Assembly: GCA_037142195.1 (NCBI GenBank)
Contig: JBAXBA010000028.1
Span: 1-42,827 of the forward strand
Direction of reading: 5' to 3'
DNA from: Pseudomonadota bacterium
GTDB taxonomy: Bacteria; Bdellovibrionota_B; Oligoflexia; Oligoflexales; CAIMVM01
DNA: 42,827 nucleotides
This document shows positions 18,809-29,186 of this stretch, piece after piece; position 1 is the first letter of the stretch; every line of letters starts with the position of its first letter. The position numbers and the translations under genes are program-made. The notes under the pieces were generated by a model that saw nothing but the letters and a program-made list of their open reading frames with translations, ran no database searches and was not told the DNA's origin.

Positions 18809-18844
18809 AAAGAATGTGTGCGGAGGAACTCGCACACATTCTTT
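18809..18844 (+). terminator. Terminator hairpin after clpX
   Basis: AAAGAATGTGTGCG-gaggaact-CGCACACATTCTTT, 14-bp stem followed by an AT-rich tract. Confidence 0.75.
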
Positions 18845-18932
18845 ATTTTAGTTAAAATAGAAATACCAAACATTACCTCAATACTCATAGTTGCCCGGCG
18901 GGGCAAAATGGGAGAGGCCTAGGAGGATGGGA

Positions 18933-21431
18933 ATGTCCGATAAATCGAGTTCAAGCCAGGTATTTCGAATCCCTCTTCTTCCCTTGCGAGACATTTTAGT
19001 ATTTCCAAATGCAGTGGTTCCGCTTTTTGTAGGCCGAGATAAGTCTATTGCTGCGCTTGAGCACGCCATGTCTACCTCTAAGGAGATCATGCTGGCGGCT
19101 CAAAGAAAGGCTAAGACGAATGATCCCAGTGAAGAGGACATCTTTGATGTGGGAACTATTTCCACGATTCTTCAGCTGCTGAGGCTTCCCGACGGTACCG
19201 TAAAGGTGTTAGTCGAGGGTCGTAAGAGGGCTAAAATCACAAAATACATAGACTCAGAAGAGTTTTTTGTTGTGGAAGCTGAAGAGCTTAAGGAGCAACT
19301 TGCTGCCGACGATAACGAAGCACTTGTGCGCACTGTAAAGACTGCGTTTGAAAACTACGTTCGTCTAAATAAACGCATTCCGCCAGAAATGCTTTTGTCG
19401 ATCTCTCAAATCGAGGGTGATGGCAAACTAGCTGATACGTTAGTGGGTCATCTTACAAACCTAAAGCTACAAGAAAAACAAGCTCTATTAGAAGAAGCCA
19501 GCCCATCCAAGCGCCTCGAGCAAATTTATGGCTATATCCAGTCTGAAATCGAAATTATGCGCGTGGAAAAAAAGATAAGAGCCCGGGTGAAACGCCAGAT
19601 GGAAAAGAATCAGAAAGAATACTATCTCAATGAGCAGATGGCGGCGATTCAAAAGGAACTTGGAGACCGTGAAGATGGCAAAAACGAAATTCAAGACTTT
19701 GACGAACAAATTAAAGAGAAAAAACTCTCTGATGAAGCTCGGGAAAAGTTAACCAAAGAAGTAAAAAAACTTAAGCAGATGAGTCCTATGTCTGCTGAAT
19801 CTGCCGTGGTTAGGAATTATTTAGAGACGGTTCTATCCCTACCATGGGGGGAATACACCAAAGAGATCAGAAATATTTCCTATGCCGAAACCATTTTAAA
19901 TCGTGATCACTATGGGCTTGATAAAATTAAGGACCGGATTCTGGAATATCTTTCTATTCGCTCCTTATCAAAAGAGCTTAAAGGCCCAATTCTCTGTCTT
20001 GTAGGGCCTCCAGGTGTAGGAAAAACCTCCTTGGCCAAATCCATTGCGGATTCTACGGGAAGGAAATTTAACCGTATAGCTCTTGGCGGTGTAAAAGATC
20101 AGGCTGAAATCAGAGGACACAGAAAAACTTATATTGGTTCCATGCCCGGCAAAATTATTATGTCTCTTAAAAAAGCCGGTTCGTCTAATCCTGTTGTGCT
20201 ATTGGATGAGGTTGATAAGATTTCTGCCGATTATCGCGGCGATCCGACAGCAGCTTTGCTAGAGGTTTTGGATCCAGAGCAAAATCATACTTTTAGCGAT
20301 CATTATTTGGATTTGGATTATGATTTGTCGAAAGTCTTGTTTTTAGCTACCGCGAATAGCCTATCCGGAATTCCTAGGCCACTGCTTGATCGCATGGAGG
20401 TCATCAACCTTAGCGGCTATACGGAAGACGAAAAGTTAGAGATATCAAAGCGATATTTGCTTCAAAAGACGAAGAAGCAAAATGGTCTTGAAGGTCAAAA
20501 TGTCGAAGTTACGGATGATGCCATTCGAGAAATTCTTCGCTACTATACGCGGGAGTCTGGTGTAAGAAACCTCGAAAGAGAGTTGGGCAAACTTTATCGA
20601 AAAGCCGCTAGAAAGCACCTCAAAGTATTCTTCAAGGAGCAGCCAGGTAGCGAGATCAATGTTTCAGATACAGGTGAGATCAATATTCCTGAGGATGTTG
20701 ACTTCTCTAAGTTTGCCGTGAACGAGACCATTACTGCAGCAAATATTGAAGACTATCTTGGGCCTAGGCGATATAGAATTGGTGTTCAAAATGAAGTTCA
20801 TGAAGCTGGGCTTTGCACGGGGCTTGCTTGGACGGAAGTGGGCGGAGAGCTTCTTGTTACAGAAGTAGCTGTATTTGCAGGCAAGGGCAAAGTAACGGTC
20901 ACCGGCAAGCTTGGTGATGTGATGCAAGAAAGCTCTCAGGCTGCCATGAGCTATGTTAGGTCTCGCGCTGCATTTCTAGATCTGGATCCTAATTTCTATG
21001 AGAAGAACGACATTCATATTCACCTTCCCGAAGGAGCAATTCCCAAGGATGGCCCAAGTGCTGGCATAACCATGGCTACGGCACTTACATCGGCCCTTAC
21101 GGGTAGACTTGTGAATAAAGATGTTGCTATGACCGGTGAAATTACACTTCGTGGACGTGTTTTAGCTATCGGCGGACTCAAGGAAAAAGCGCTGGCTGCC
21201 CACAGGGGCGGTATCAAAAAAATTCTCTTTCCTAAAGATAATGAAAAAGATCTTCGCGACATTCCAGATGCTATTCGGAAGGAGATTGAGTGGGTGCCCG
21301 TAGAGCATATGGATCAAGTTCTTATGCATGCTCTGGTCTGGAATCAGTCTGGGGAGCGGGAGATTCAGGACAATTTGTTTGAACGTCTAAAAGACATCAC
21401 AAAAATAGAAGCTTTTGATCTTCACCATTAA
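18933..21431 (+). CDS. lon: Endopeptidase La (Lon)
   Basis: PLLPLRD N-domain, [24 protein letters not shown] (Ser) and IGGLKEK (Lys). ATG 18933 lies 6 nt after AGGAGG. Confidence 0.98.
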   Translation: MSDKSSSSQVFRIPLLPLRDILVFPNAVVPLFVGRDKSIAALEHAMSTSKEIMLAAQRKAKTNDPSEEDIFDVGTISTILQLLRLPDGTVKVLVEGRKRAKITKYIDSEEFFVVEAEELKEQLAADDNEALVRTVKTAFENYVRLNKRIPPEMLLSISQIEGDGKLADTLVGHLTNLKLQEKQALLEEASPSKRLEQIYGYIQSEIEIMRVEKKIRARVKRQMEKNQKEYYLNEQMAAIQKELGDREDGKNEIQDFDEQIKEKKLSDEAREKLTKEVKKLKQMSPMSAESAVVRNYLETVLSLPWGEYTKEIRNISYAETILNRDHYGLDKIKDRILEYLSIRSLSKELKGPILCLVGPPGVGKTSLAKSIADSTGRKFNRIALGGVKDQAEIRGHRKTYIGSMPGKIIMSLKKAGSSNPVVLLDEVDKISADYRGDPTAALLEVLDPEQNHTFSDHYLDLDYDLSKVLFLATANSLSGIPRPLLDRMEVINLSGYTEDEKLEISKRYLLQKTKKQNGLEGQNVEVTDDAIREILRYYTRESGVRNLERELGKLYRKAARKHLKVFFKEQPGSEINVSDTGEINIPEDVDFSKFAVNETITAANIEDYLGPRRYRIGVQNEVHEAGLCTGLAWTEVGGELLVTEVAVFAGKGKVTVTGKLGDVMQESSQAAMSYVRSRAAFLDLDPNFYEKNDIHIHLPEGAIPKDGPSAGITMATALTSALTGRLVNKDVAMTGEITLRGRVLAIGGLKEKALAAHRGGIKKILFPKDNEKDLRDIPDAIRKEIEWVPVEHMDQVLMHALVWNQSGEREIQDNLFERLKDITKIEAFDLHH

Positions 21432-21464
21432 GATTTAGAGAGCCCACGTTTTTCTTAATTTTGC

Positions 21465-21494
21465 ATGCCCTCTTAGAAATAAGAGGGCATCTTT
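21465..21494 (+). terminator. Terminator hairpin after lon
   Basis: ATGCCCTCTTA-gaaa-TAAGAGGGCAT followed by CTTT. Confidence 0.7.
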
Positions 21495-21604
21495 CATGAG
21501 ACTAAACCGCCAGTGGGCGGCAATTTTATCTTAAGACTTCAAGAGAAAATGCTGGGATTGAAGATGTCTTTTCATGGGCAAGTGTTATTAAAGTTTGGAT
21601 TCTT

Positions 21605-22567
21605 TTAGAAATTTCGACCGAGTGAAAGAAACATGAGCTGCAAATGCGGTTTTAAGAATGCCCTATTGAGTCTCTGCGAGGCGGAGTCAAGCTCTGGGTC
21701 TGCTAATCCATTGTATTCTCCAGAGCTGCTTTTTTTAAGGAGGACGGGCATTGCTACTCCCAACCATTCGCAACCTAAAATCATGCCATTTTGAAATTTA
21801 TATCGATTTCCTATGGAACTGGACAACACGATATAGTGGGCCCTAGTCGCAAGTGAGAAATCGAGATCGCCAATATCAGATATACTTTTGAACCCGTTCA
21901 TACCTAATTCTAGGAAGCGGTAGGAAGTTGCCAATTTTACAAAAAAACTTTCGGAAAAAGAGAATTTTCTACGAACAAAACCGCCGAGTTGTAAGAATCT
22001 CAATGCAATATTTCGATAGTGGAGTCCATTTTCATCTTGATTCTCTTTTAGGTTAAGAGAATTCAATGTCAATTCTGATCCGATATTTAACTCGGAATTA
22101 TACGTGTACGAGCCAGATGCACCATATCCAGGGATGTCAGCGAAGAATAAGCCCGCAAAAAGAGAGAGTTCTTTATATTTTTGGCAGGAGTCGCCTTTTG
22201 CTCCCGCAAGGGAGGGGCATTGAGTTGATTTATTTTTATAGGTAGAGGGGCTTTCTGTGCTTGAATGCAGTGGTTTTGGACTGTTAATGGCGGCGCCAGA
22301 TTTAACTTTGTCGTCTTTAACTTCTGCTGGTGTGGCGCCCTTCGGAGGTAATTCTCCCAAGCTCAAAAGAGTCGGCTTTTTTCCGCCTGGAAGAATCTCA
22401 TGATCCCTATCGTCCCCACTACTTTGAAGAGCGGAGGTCCTTCCAGCCCTGTGGGAGATTTTGGTATTTCCCCATAAATCTAGGTTAGAGCCCAGTGAAC
22501 TCGCAAAGTTGATTTGTGACAAGGCCATGGCGGCAGAGAAAAGACAAAGTTGCAAATAAAATGGCAT
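21605..22567 (-). CDS. Exported protein, probable small outer-membrane beta-barrel with disordered N-terminal linker
   Basis: Signal-like N-terminus, S/P/K-rich linker, alternating amphipathic strands and C-terminal MFLSLGRNF (terminal Phe, beta-signal-like). Confidence 0.55.
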   Translation of the reverse strand: MPFYLQLCLFSAAMALSQINFASSLGSNLDLWGNTKISHRAGRTSALQSSGDDRDHEILPGGKKPTLLSLGELPPKGATPAEVKDDKVKSGAAINSPKPLHSSTESPSTYKNKSTQCPSLAGAKGDSCQKYKELSLFAGLFFADIPGYGASGSYTYNSELNIGSELTLNSLNLKENQDENGLHYRNIALRFLQLGGFVRRKFSFSESFFVKLATSYRFLELGMNGFKSISDIGDLDFSLATRAHYIVLSSSIGNRYKFQNGMILGCEWLGVAMPVLLKKSSSGEYNGLADPELDSASQRLNRAFLKPHLQLMFLSLGRNF

Positions 22568-22689
22568 AAGTTCTTCCTATCTTAGTTCTATTTTAAGTGA
22601 AATCAGCAGAAGTGTCGATTTTGCCTGGTGAAACATTGGATGTTTAGAGTCTAATTTCCGAAAGGGAGCTGTCAACTTGAGGAGGTGCC

Positions 22690-23799
22690 GTGGGCAAAGA
22701 GGTGGATAAATCATTAGAGTTCGTGGAAGGCCTCAAGCGTCAGTGGATGGCAATGATCGATGCCTTAGTGGATCCTTTGATGATTGTAAGAGAGGACTAC
22801 GTCATATTAAAAGCGAATTTAGCGTTAGCTAAGATGAATCATAAGTCTAACTTTGGAGATGTTCTTGGACAAAAGTGCTACGAGGTCTTTGCAGGCCGTA
22901 AGACGCCATGTAATGGATGTCGGATGCAAGAGGCCGGAAAAACGAGACAGGCAATCCATGGAACTCTTGATGAAATAGGTGGCAAGCGTTACTTTGAGAC
23001 CGTAAGTCAGCCTGTTTTTGATTTAAACGGTGAATTGGAAGGCGTGGTTCAGTTGTATCGTGACCGTACTGAGGCAAGGCGCATGCAAAGTCAACTTCTT
23101 CAAAGTGAAAAGTTGGCATCTATAGGCTTACTTGCGGGAGGTATCGCCCATGAGATCAATAATCCTCTGGGCGGGATTCTGATATTTTCACAAATGCTAC
23201 TTAGAGAAATGGACAAGTCGAGCCCTCACTATCAAGATGTCATTGAGATTGAGGGGGCCACACAGCGTTGTAAGGAAATTGTAGAGAGACTGCTTGATTT
23301 TGCTCGCCAGCGGCCGGAGAAGCTAGAGGTACTACAAAATGTAAGAATCTTTGAAGTGATATCCAGCGCTTTAAAGTTTGCAATGGTCACCCCTCAAGCA
23401 AGGAAAGTTGAGGTAAAGCAGATTTGGCAAAATCAAGACGTAACGATTGCCGCAAATGCCAATAAGACCATTCAGGTTTTTTTGAATCTTTTACAAAATG
23501 CGATTCAGGCAATGAAGAAGGGCGGGACTTTAACTATCAGGCAGCATGAAGTTACAGATTCTTCTGTAACATACGTTGTCGTCGATATTGAAGATACGGG
23601 TATGGGAATGGACGCGGCGACGTTAAATCATATTTTTGATCCATTTTTTACCACGAAAGAACCAGGCGAGGGGACTGGCTTGGGCTTGGCGATTTGTTAT
23701 GGGATTATGCAGGAGTTTGATGGGCGATTAGCGGTTGTTAGTGAGGTTGGGAAAGGCACTACTTTTAGCGCCTGGTTTCCAAAGAATAGTATGAAATAG
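22690..23799 (+). CDS. Cytoplasmic PAS-domain sensor histidine kinase (NtrB-like)
   Basis: PAS domain with KCYEVF....PCNGC; QSEKLASIGLLAGGIAHEINNPL H-box; NLLQNA, DTGMG and FFTTKEPGEGTGLGL boxes. Confidence 0.93.
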   Translation: MGKEVDKSLEFVEGLKRQWMAMIDALVDPLMIVREDYVILKANLALAKMNHKSNFGDVLGQKCYEVFAGRKTPCNGCRMQEAGKTRQAIHGTLDEIGGKRYFETVSQPVFDLNGELEGVVQLYRDRTEARRMQSQLLQSEKLASIGLLAGGIAHEINNPLGGILIFSQMLLREMDKSSPHYQDVIEIEGATQRCKEIVERLLDFARQRPEKLEVLQNVRIFEVISSALKFAMVTPQARKVEVKQIWQNQDVTIAANANKTIQVFLNLLQNAIQAMKKGGTLTIRQHEVTDSSVTYVVVDIEDTGMGMDAATLNHIFDPFFTTKEPGEGTGLGLAICYGIMQEFDGRLAVVSEVGKGTTFSAWFPKNSMK

Positions 23800-23805
23800 G
23801 GATCT

Positions 23806-26205
23806 ATGAATTTAGAAAGACTTAAACATTTCTATAGTGCAAAGACGATGCGAGACGTTTATCTCATTGTTTTTGTGGCTAGCTATCTTTTGGGGTATGT
23901 ATTTCCTGATGTGCTGTCTGTAGCACAAAAACTAATATCTATTTTGTCTGTCTTTCTATTGCTAGTTTCCTATTTTGTCGTCCCTTCATCTAAGGCAAAA
24001 AAGGTGAAGAAAGTTCTCATCGGATTTATCCTTTCGCAGTTGGCTTTGTCTCTATATTCCTACAGGAAGGACTTGGCGCTGTTTTTGGGCGTGGCAGGAT
24101 CCATTTTTATTTACTTTGGCGCATTAGACAGTGTTAAGCAGGCATTGTCGGTGGAAGATCATGAAGCTAATTTGACCGCAGGGGCGTTCTCTGGTTTAGT
24201 ACTTTTATTGGTTGGTTCTGGGATCTATAGCGATGGATGGTCAGCAAATTTTTCACCTCTTGTAGGAATGTACTTCTTACGAGATTTTTTGCTATTTACA
24301 TCTATTTTTATCACAGTTCTTTTTTTGCTTTTTCATCCACGCTACACGTCAAATTCTCATGATGTAAAAATTTCATTCACTCAGAGATTGAGTGGACTTT
24401 TTAAGCTGTTTAAGACATCAAAGCTGCTTTCTCCTATAGTTTTCTTTAGTTTTTGTGGTTCCTTGCAAAACGGTGTTTCTGGCTACAAAGGTGACAAACT
24501 AAACTCCCAGAGCAGCGTTGACTATAGTTTGGTGTGGCTTCCTGCCGTTGTTCATTTGCTGGTCCTTCTATTTGAGTTCAAATTTCGGGGTCAACAAAAC
24601 GAAGTTAGTGCAAAGATTCTAGCTGAGGGCGGTCGCAAATTTTTAAGGAAAGCAGGCTCTGATGGCAAAGCCCATACCTTTGCTGTTCAAACGTTTATTT
24701 ACACCTTTGATCACGATCCTACTGGAGATATAAATAACGCGAGTCCAGCGACGCTAATGCAAATTCGAACTGAGGAAGTTCGAAAGCTATTAGGTGGCAT
24801 TTCCAAGGGAAAGGTAATGGATGAGTCTAGCACGGGATCTCGCATGTACGGGGCCCTGGATCCTGAACAAGCGATTTGTCTTTCTCAAGAAGCCTTATTA
24901 ATTTCCACGATTTCCTATCTTAATATTTCTTGCATTGTCAACCGGCGTATGCAAGGTTTAATGTCCATTCTTCCCATTATTGATCCACTTCTTGCTAATG
25001 CCACAGATCGCGAGAAAATAGAGGAGGCCCAAACCAAATCCTTGTGGCTTTTCTATGTTGACTTTGACTGGGTCGATCAGCATTTGGTTCCGACAGGGAA
25101 TGGTGCTCACTTTTGTTCCAATTATTCGATCCTTCCAGAGCATTTAAAGACATCTATTTTGAATGTTAAAGGAGGTGGGGTTCCCATTGGGAGCATGCTT
25201 TGGCTTAGCGAGAAAGCTGGAAATAGAGTCATACAAGAAATGCCCCATTTAAAGTCAATTGTTCACATTTTTCCTGTTCCTCTGGTAAATTCAAATGGTG
25301 AATACTTGCTTTATGCAATCAAATTTAGTGAGCTTGCTCCCAGGCTGCAAGGTCTTTATGATATGGATTTTAGGCGAAGGCTTTTACTTGACTTTGAACC
25401 TAGTGAAGAGAGTCTGAGACTTGTAGGCAGTCTCAAGAGAAGAATGTCTGTTATTTCTGGTGAAATCGAAGTTAGGCATATGGTCAACGCCATTACTAGC
25501 TATGATTGGCGAGGTTTTAAAGAAAAAGATTTAGCGATTAACCTCTTGATGGAGGTTTGGGCCAATATTAATCATAAACAAAGCTTCCATGCAAAAATTA
25601 AGAAAGATCTTTCGGATTTTGTCGTGCAAGTTATTTTCGAGATTGGCTATCCAAGCCAACATCTCCATCTAGCTCAGTTTCAAAAGAATTCCCTTCGATC
25701 ATTAGAAACATTGAGGGAAGTTGCATTAGATGTAAGTCATCAGAGATATGTAGAAGCTTGGACGCTTCTTGCGTCAGGGGTCGCTTCAGCAGTCATGACC
25801 GAAATGGGGTCACGTGCTCTTTTAGATATGGTTAAGGTCGGGTTGGCGCGTAGTGAGATAAGATCATCCCAGATATTTCAATATCGAGTTATGGATGTGA
25901 TTTGCTTTGTTTTAGCCAAGAGAGAATGGATCAAGGATGGCGATCTTTCGTCTTTGGTGAGCCAAACCATTCGTCTCTTGTGTAACGAGCAAATGGAAGT
26001 TGACTTGATTGTTGCGTGGCTTGTTCGAATTCAGTGGGTCCAGCAGTCGCTTTCTAGACCCTTGCTCCTTGATGAGGGAGATGTTGCTTTTTTATGGAAA
26101 ATAATTGATTCCATGGAACACAGCCGGAACAGAAATCTTGGGTTCTTAAGGGCTCGTCTATCTGCTGTGGCATCAAAAGACAATTCGGACTACCGAGCGG
26201 GATAG
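23806..26205 (+). CDS. Multi-pass membrane protein with large cytoplasmic region (possible degenerate class III cyclase domain)
   Basis: About 7-8 hydrophobic segments in the first 260 aa, then a soluble region. Starts 6 nt after the kinase stop. Confidence 0.7.
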   Translation: MNLERLKHFYSAKTMRDVYLIVFVASYLLGYVFPDVLSVAQKLISILSVFLLLVSYFVVPSSKAKKVKKVLIGFILSQLALSLYSYRKDLALFLGVAGSIFIYFGALDSVKQALSVEDHEANLTAGAFSGLVLLLVGSGIYSDGWSANFSPLVGMYFLRDFLLFTSIFITVLFLLFHPRYTSNSHDVKISFTQRLSGLFKLFKTSKLLSPIVFFSFCGSLQNGVSGYKGDKLNSQSSVDYSLVWLPAVVHLLVLLFEFKFRGQQNEVSAKILAEGGRKFLRKAGSDGKAHTFAVQTFIYTFDHDPTGDINNASPATLMQIRTEEVRKLLGGISKGKVMDESSTGSRMYGALDPEQAICLSQEALLISTISYLNISCIVNRRMQGLMSILPIIDPLLANATDREKIEEAQTKSLWLFYVDFDWVDQHLVPTGNGAHFCSNYSILPEHLKTSILNVKGGGVPIGSMLWLSEKAGNRVIQEMPHLKSIVHIFPVPLVNSNGEYLLYAIKFSELAPRLQGLYDMDFRRRLLLDFEPSEESLRLVGSLKRRMSVISGEIEVRHMVNAITSYDWRGFKEKDLAINLLMEVWANINHKQSFHAKIKKDLSDFVVQVIFEIGYPSQHLHLAQFQKNSLRSLETLREVALDVSHQRYVEAWTLLASGVASAVMTEMGSRALLDMVKVGLARSEIRSSQIFQYRVMDVICFVLAKREWIKDGDLSSLVSQTIRLLCNEQMEVDLIVAWLVRIQWVQQSLSRPLLLDEGDVAFLWKIIDSMEHSRNRNLGFLRARLSAVASKDNSDYRAG

Positions 26206-26210
26206 TCCGA
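26185..26210. terminator. Hairpin between convergent genes
   Basis: TCGGACTA-10 nt-TAGTCCGA, overlapping the stop at 26205. Confidence 0.35.
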
Positions 26211-26227
26211 ATTCACTAACGCTTTTT

Positions 26228-27034
26228 TTAGAAACCACCACAGCCAGGTATGGAAAGAGCGTTTAACCCCAACCAACTGTTATTTTGATATACGATCACT
26301 CCCAGGGGATTGCATGCAGAGTACGTCATTGCTGAAACGAAAGTTGTTTGCTTAATACAGTACACAGCTCTTGGGTTATTTAAGTACACCGTTCCGGCAT
26401 TGAGAATATTGATGGTTTTGAGCATGACTACATGGGGGAACGGAAAGTTTGTAGAGGACGCTCCGTCGATACTGTAGCCCAGGCTGCCTGCACTTCCGAT
26501 GAAGCCTGCCTGAATGCCGCCGTCAAATATGGGCCAACCGCCATTTACTGGGATTCCTCGTTCCATGGCGCGACCCATGCATGAAATCACATCTTGCTGG
26601 CTATAGAAACTAGCTGTGAGACCACCAGATATAACTCCGCCTTGCGGGCCGCCGCCCATATTACAGTAGTACCCTGGAGGGCAGTTCTGACCTGGGTTTT
26701 GAATATACTCTTTGGGCCCTTGATATGCCGGAGGTGGATATCCCGTGCTGCCTTTGGGATCATATCCTGGATAGGGATTCGTAGCGGTGCAGGGAACCTT
26801 TCCGCTATTGGGAAGGCAATTGGATTGGTACCCTGGTAGGGGCTGCTGATATTGTACGGGGTTCGGTTGTGGATTGTAGACGGGGCTCGTGACAGGGCCA
26901 GGCATACCTTGGTCTTGATTGACAATCGGGCTCGGGGCAGGACTCTTCTTCTTTGAAGGGGATTCTCCACATGCACTGATGATCAGGCAAAGGGAAGCTA
27001 TTGCTGCTGTTGAAGTGAGATTTTTGATGGTCAT
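26228..27034 (-). CDS. Pro/Gln/Tyr-rich lipoprotein with Cys-containing C-terminal domain
   Basis: Lipobox IISA-C after a hydrophobic signal, long Pro-rich region, GAGG RBS. Confidence 0.75.
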   Translation of the reverse strand: MTIKNLTSTAAIASLCLIISACGESPSKKKSPAPSPIVNQDQGMPGPVTSPVYNPQPNPVQYQQPLPGYQSNCLPNSGKVPCTATNPYPGYDPKGSTGYPPPAYQGPKEYIQNPGQNCPPGYYCNMGGGPQGGVISGGLTASFYSQQDVISCMGRAMERGIPVNGGWPIFDGGIQAGFIGSAGSLGYSIDGASSTNFPFPHVVMLKTINILNAGTVYLNNPRAVYCIKQTTFVSAMTYSACNPLGVIVYQNNSWLGLNALSIPGCGGF

Positions 27035-27370
27035 TTTTAGCCTCGTTAAATGTCAAATGGGGCGTGGACTCCACTCCACCATGGCCATAGAGCAAATTCT
27101 GGGCCATCCCTAGATTCCCCAATAGATGCCAGTAATATCCGTAGGGTACGCCTGTTGGGATAGGACCCATAGTCCAAGGAGGTAGGCGATTCATGATGCA
27201 TTTGTAAAGGAATTAGGCAGAAAATGCAGCTGTTGCTGAGTTCTTGCGCCTAGAGCAGGGCCTTGTTTCAAGTAGGGTTACTAGGGTAAAATAAGAAGCA
27301 GGCAGAAGCAAAACCAGAATGCTAACAGATGGGTCGTTTTGTCTGGGTTTAGACGAATGGCGAGGTTAAT

Positions 27371-28372
27371 TTGAGTAATCAGTTTGATATTTCAAAACTT
27401 CAAGCCTTAGATGTGGGGCTTGCTGAAAAATTTTGTCTGGCATTCGAAGTTAGTGCCTCAGGCAAAGTGGTTTCCGTGACAAAAAACTGGCCCCTCTATT
27501 TTCAAGCTGGAAACTCTAGTTGGCAAGATATGTTTCCAGGGATCGATGCTATTAAGCTTCTTAACAGCAAAGTTCATGAGGACTGTCTCTCTCGAAGTTC
27601 TTCTCAGCCCAAAATGTTTAGATGCACAGCTTATGACGAGCAAGGGCGTCATATTTTCGTTGCCAGGGCTCTTGAGCAATATTCGCAATCAACCCTTGAG
27701 ATGATGTGCTTGGCTGCCATTGCCCAGCAGAATTCAGGTGTAGCTCACGATTTGTCGAATATGGTGACAATTCTATTGGGCTATCAGAGGCAGATTCAGG
27801 TTTCACTGGAGCAAGATCCTATGCCAGTAGATCGTATTTCTAGAGCCACTTCGAAAATCTTGGATGTATCGAATCGAATGGTTGCCCTAGCAGCCAGCAT
27901 GAAGTCATTGGCTAATAGAAGAAATTTAGCGGCTTCGGTACCTATAGATATTTATGAGATTGCTGCGGAGGCTATGGAGCGGTGTGAGCCTAAATTCGGC
28001 AAGTATAATATTAAATCTAGCTTGGTTTCGGAATCTAAAACGGGCCAGGTCATTGGGGTTTCAGGTCAAATCTCTTTGGTACTGATGGCCGTAGTAGGGT
28101 GGTGCATTAAGTCTGCACAAGACATTCCGGATCAAACCTTTACAATGGTAGTCGAGGATCAAGCAGATCAAGTTCTAGTCCGAATGAGCGCAAATTTTTC
28201 TAACAAAAAAGAACCGTCTCATCAAGAAGGTGAGAGCGATATGACTTCTTTTGCGAAATCATGGGAATATAGTTTTTGTCATTTTATTCTCAGTGAGCAC
28301 CGTGCTACTGTGAGTTCGAACAAAAGTGCAGAAAATATTGATATTGTTTTGAGCTTTCCTAAACCTAAGTAA
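27371..28372 (+). CDS. Degenerate histidine kinase-like protein (H-box kept, ATP-binding boxes lost)
   Basis: GVAHDLSNMVTIL H-box. The N-box region reads LVLMAVVGWCIK and the G1/G2 regions lack DxGxG and GxGLG. TTG start after GAGG. Confidence 0.7.
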   Translation: MSNQFDISKLQALDVGLAEKFCLAFEVSASGKVVSVTKNWPLYFQAGNSSWQDMFPGIDAIKLLNSKVHEDCLSRSSSQPKMFRCTAYDEQGRHIFVARALEQYSQSTLEMMCLAAIAQQNSGVAHDLSNMVTILLGYQRQIQVSLEQDPMPVDRISRATSKILDVSNRMVALAASMKSLANRRNLAASVPIDIYEIAAEAMERCEPKFGKYNIKSSLVSESKTGQVIGVSGQISLVLMAVVGWCIKSAQDIPDQTFTMVVEDQADQVLVRMSANFSNKKEPSHQEGESDMTSFAKSWEYSFCHFILSEHRATVSSNKSAENIDIVLSFPKPK

Positions 28373-28395
28373 GTAGCAAGTGTTGGAGGTGAAGC

Positions 28396-28794
28396 ATGAC
28401 AGGTCGAAATTGGAATATTCTTGTTGTAGATGACGAGCCAGAATTATGCGAACTAGTTTCTGAGGAGTTCGAATTTGCTGGTTGTCAAACCCTAAGAGCT
28501 TCCTCTGGGAATCAGGCCCTAAAGGTTTTCGAATCCAACGATATCGATGCCGTTGTTTCCGATGTGAGAATGGCCGATGGAAACGGGATTGAGCTGCTGG
28601 GAAATATTAAGTCCAGCGCCAAGTCGTCGGCATTAGTTTTTCTGGTTACGGGGTTTGCTGATATTACAAAAGAGAAGGCAGTAGCAGCTGGGGCCGCAGC
28701 CCTAATTGGAAAACCTTATGATATCAGCGACTTGTGCCAAGTTGTTTTGGCCGCTTTGGAAAAAGAAGATTCAGCAGGCAGATTAAAGAATTAG
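28396..28794 (+). CDS. Single-domain response regulator (REC)
   Basis: ILVVDDE, SDVRMADGNG (phospho-Asp), VTG and KPY; GGAGG RBS. Confidence 0.93.
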   Translation: MTGRNWNILVVDDEPELCELVSEEFEFAGCQTLRASSGNQALKVFESNDIDAVVSDVRMADGNGIELLGNIKSSAKSSALVFLVTGFADITKEKAVAAGAAALIGKPYDISDLCQVVLAALEKEDSAGRLKN

Positions 28795-28930
28795 GTTGCC
28801 AATGATACCTAAAAACTGCTAAAACTCCCCCTCCAAAGGGTAGTGTCTTTAAAACTATTTAGTTTATCTATAAAGATGCGATATTTTTGGAAATTTATAA
28901 ATACACGGAAGATAGTCAGGAGTTTTTGAT

Positions 28931-29098
28931 ATGGCAAAGTCTACAAGGCGCGAGAAAGTAAAATTAGTTTCTACTGCGGGCACTGGCTATTATTACACTT
29001 GTAATAAGCTTAAAGGTAAAGAAAAGCTTCTACTTAAGAAGTATGATCCAGTTGTTCGTAAACATGTAGAATTTAAAGAGTCTAAACTTCAGAAGTAG
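28931..29098 (+). CDS. rpmG: 50S ribosomal protein L33 (non-zinc type)
   Basis: Manual translation [63 protein letters not shown]. Not in the ORF track. Confidence 0.97.
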   Translation: MAKSTRREKVKLVSTAGTGYYYTCNKLKGKEKLLLKKYDPVVRKHVEFKESKLQK

Positions 29099-29137
29099 AC
29101 CTAGCTGTAATTAGGTTTAGACGTGAGTGATAGATTT

Positions 29138-29163
29138 AGGCGAGGGTTAATACCTCGCTTTTG
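29138..29163 (+). terminator. Terminator after rpmG
   Basis: AGGCGAGG-gttaata-CCTCGCTT followed by a T-rich tract. Confidence 0.7.
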
Positions 29164-29186
29164 TCTTTTGTAAAAGGATTGAGGCT

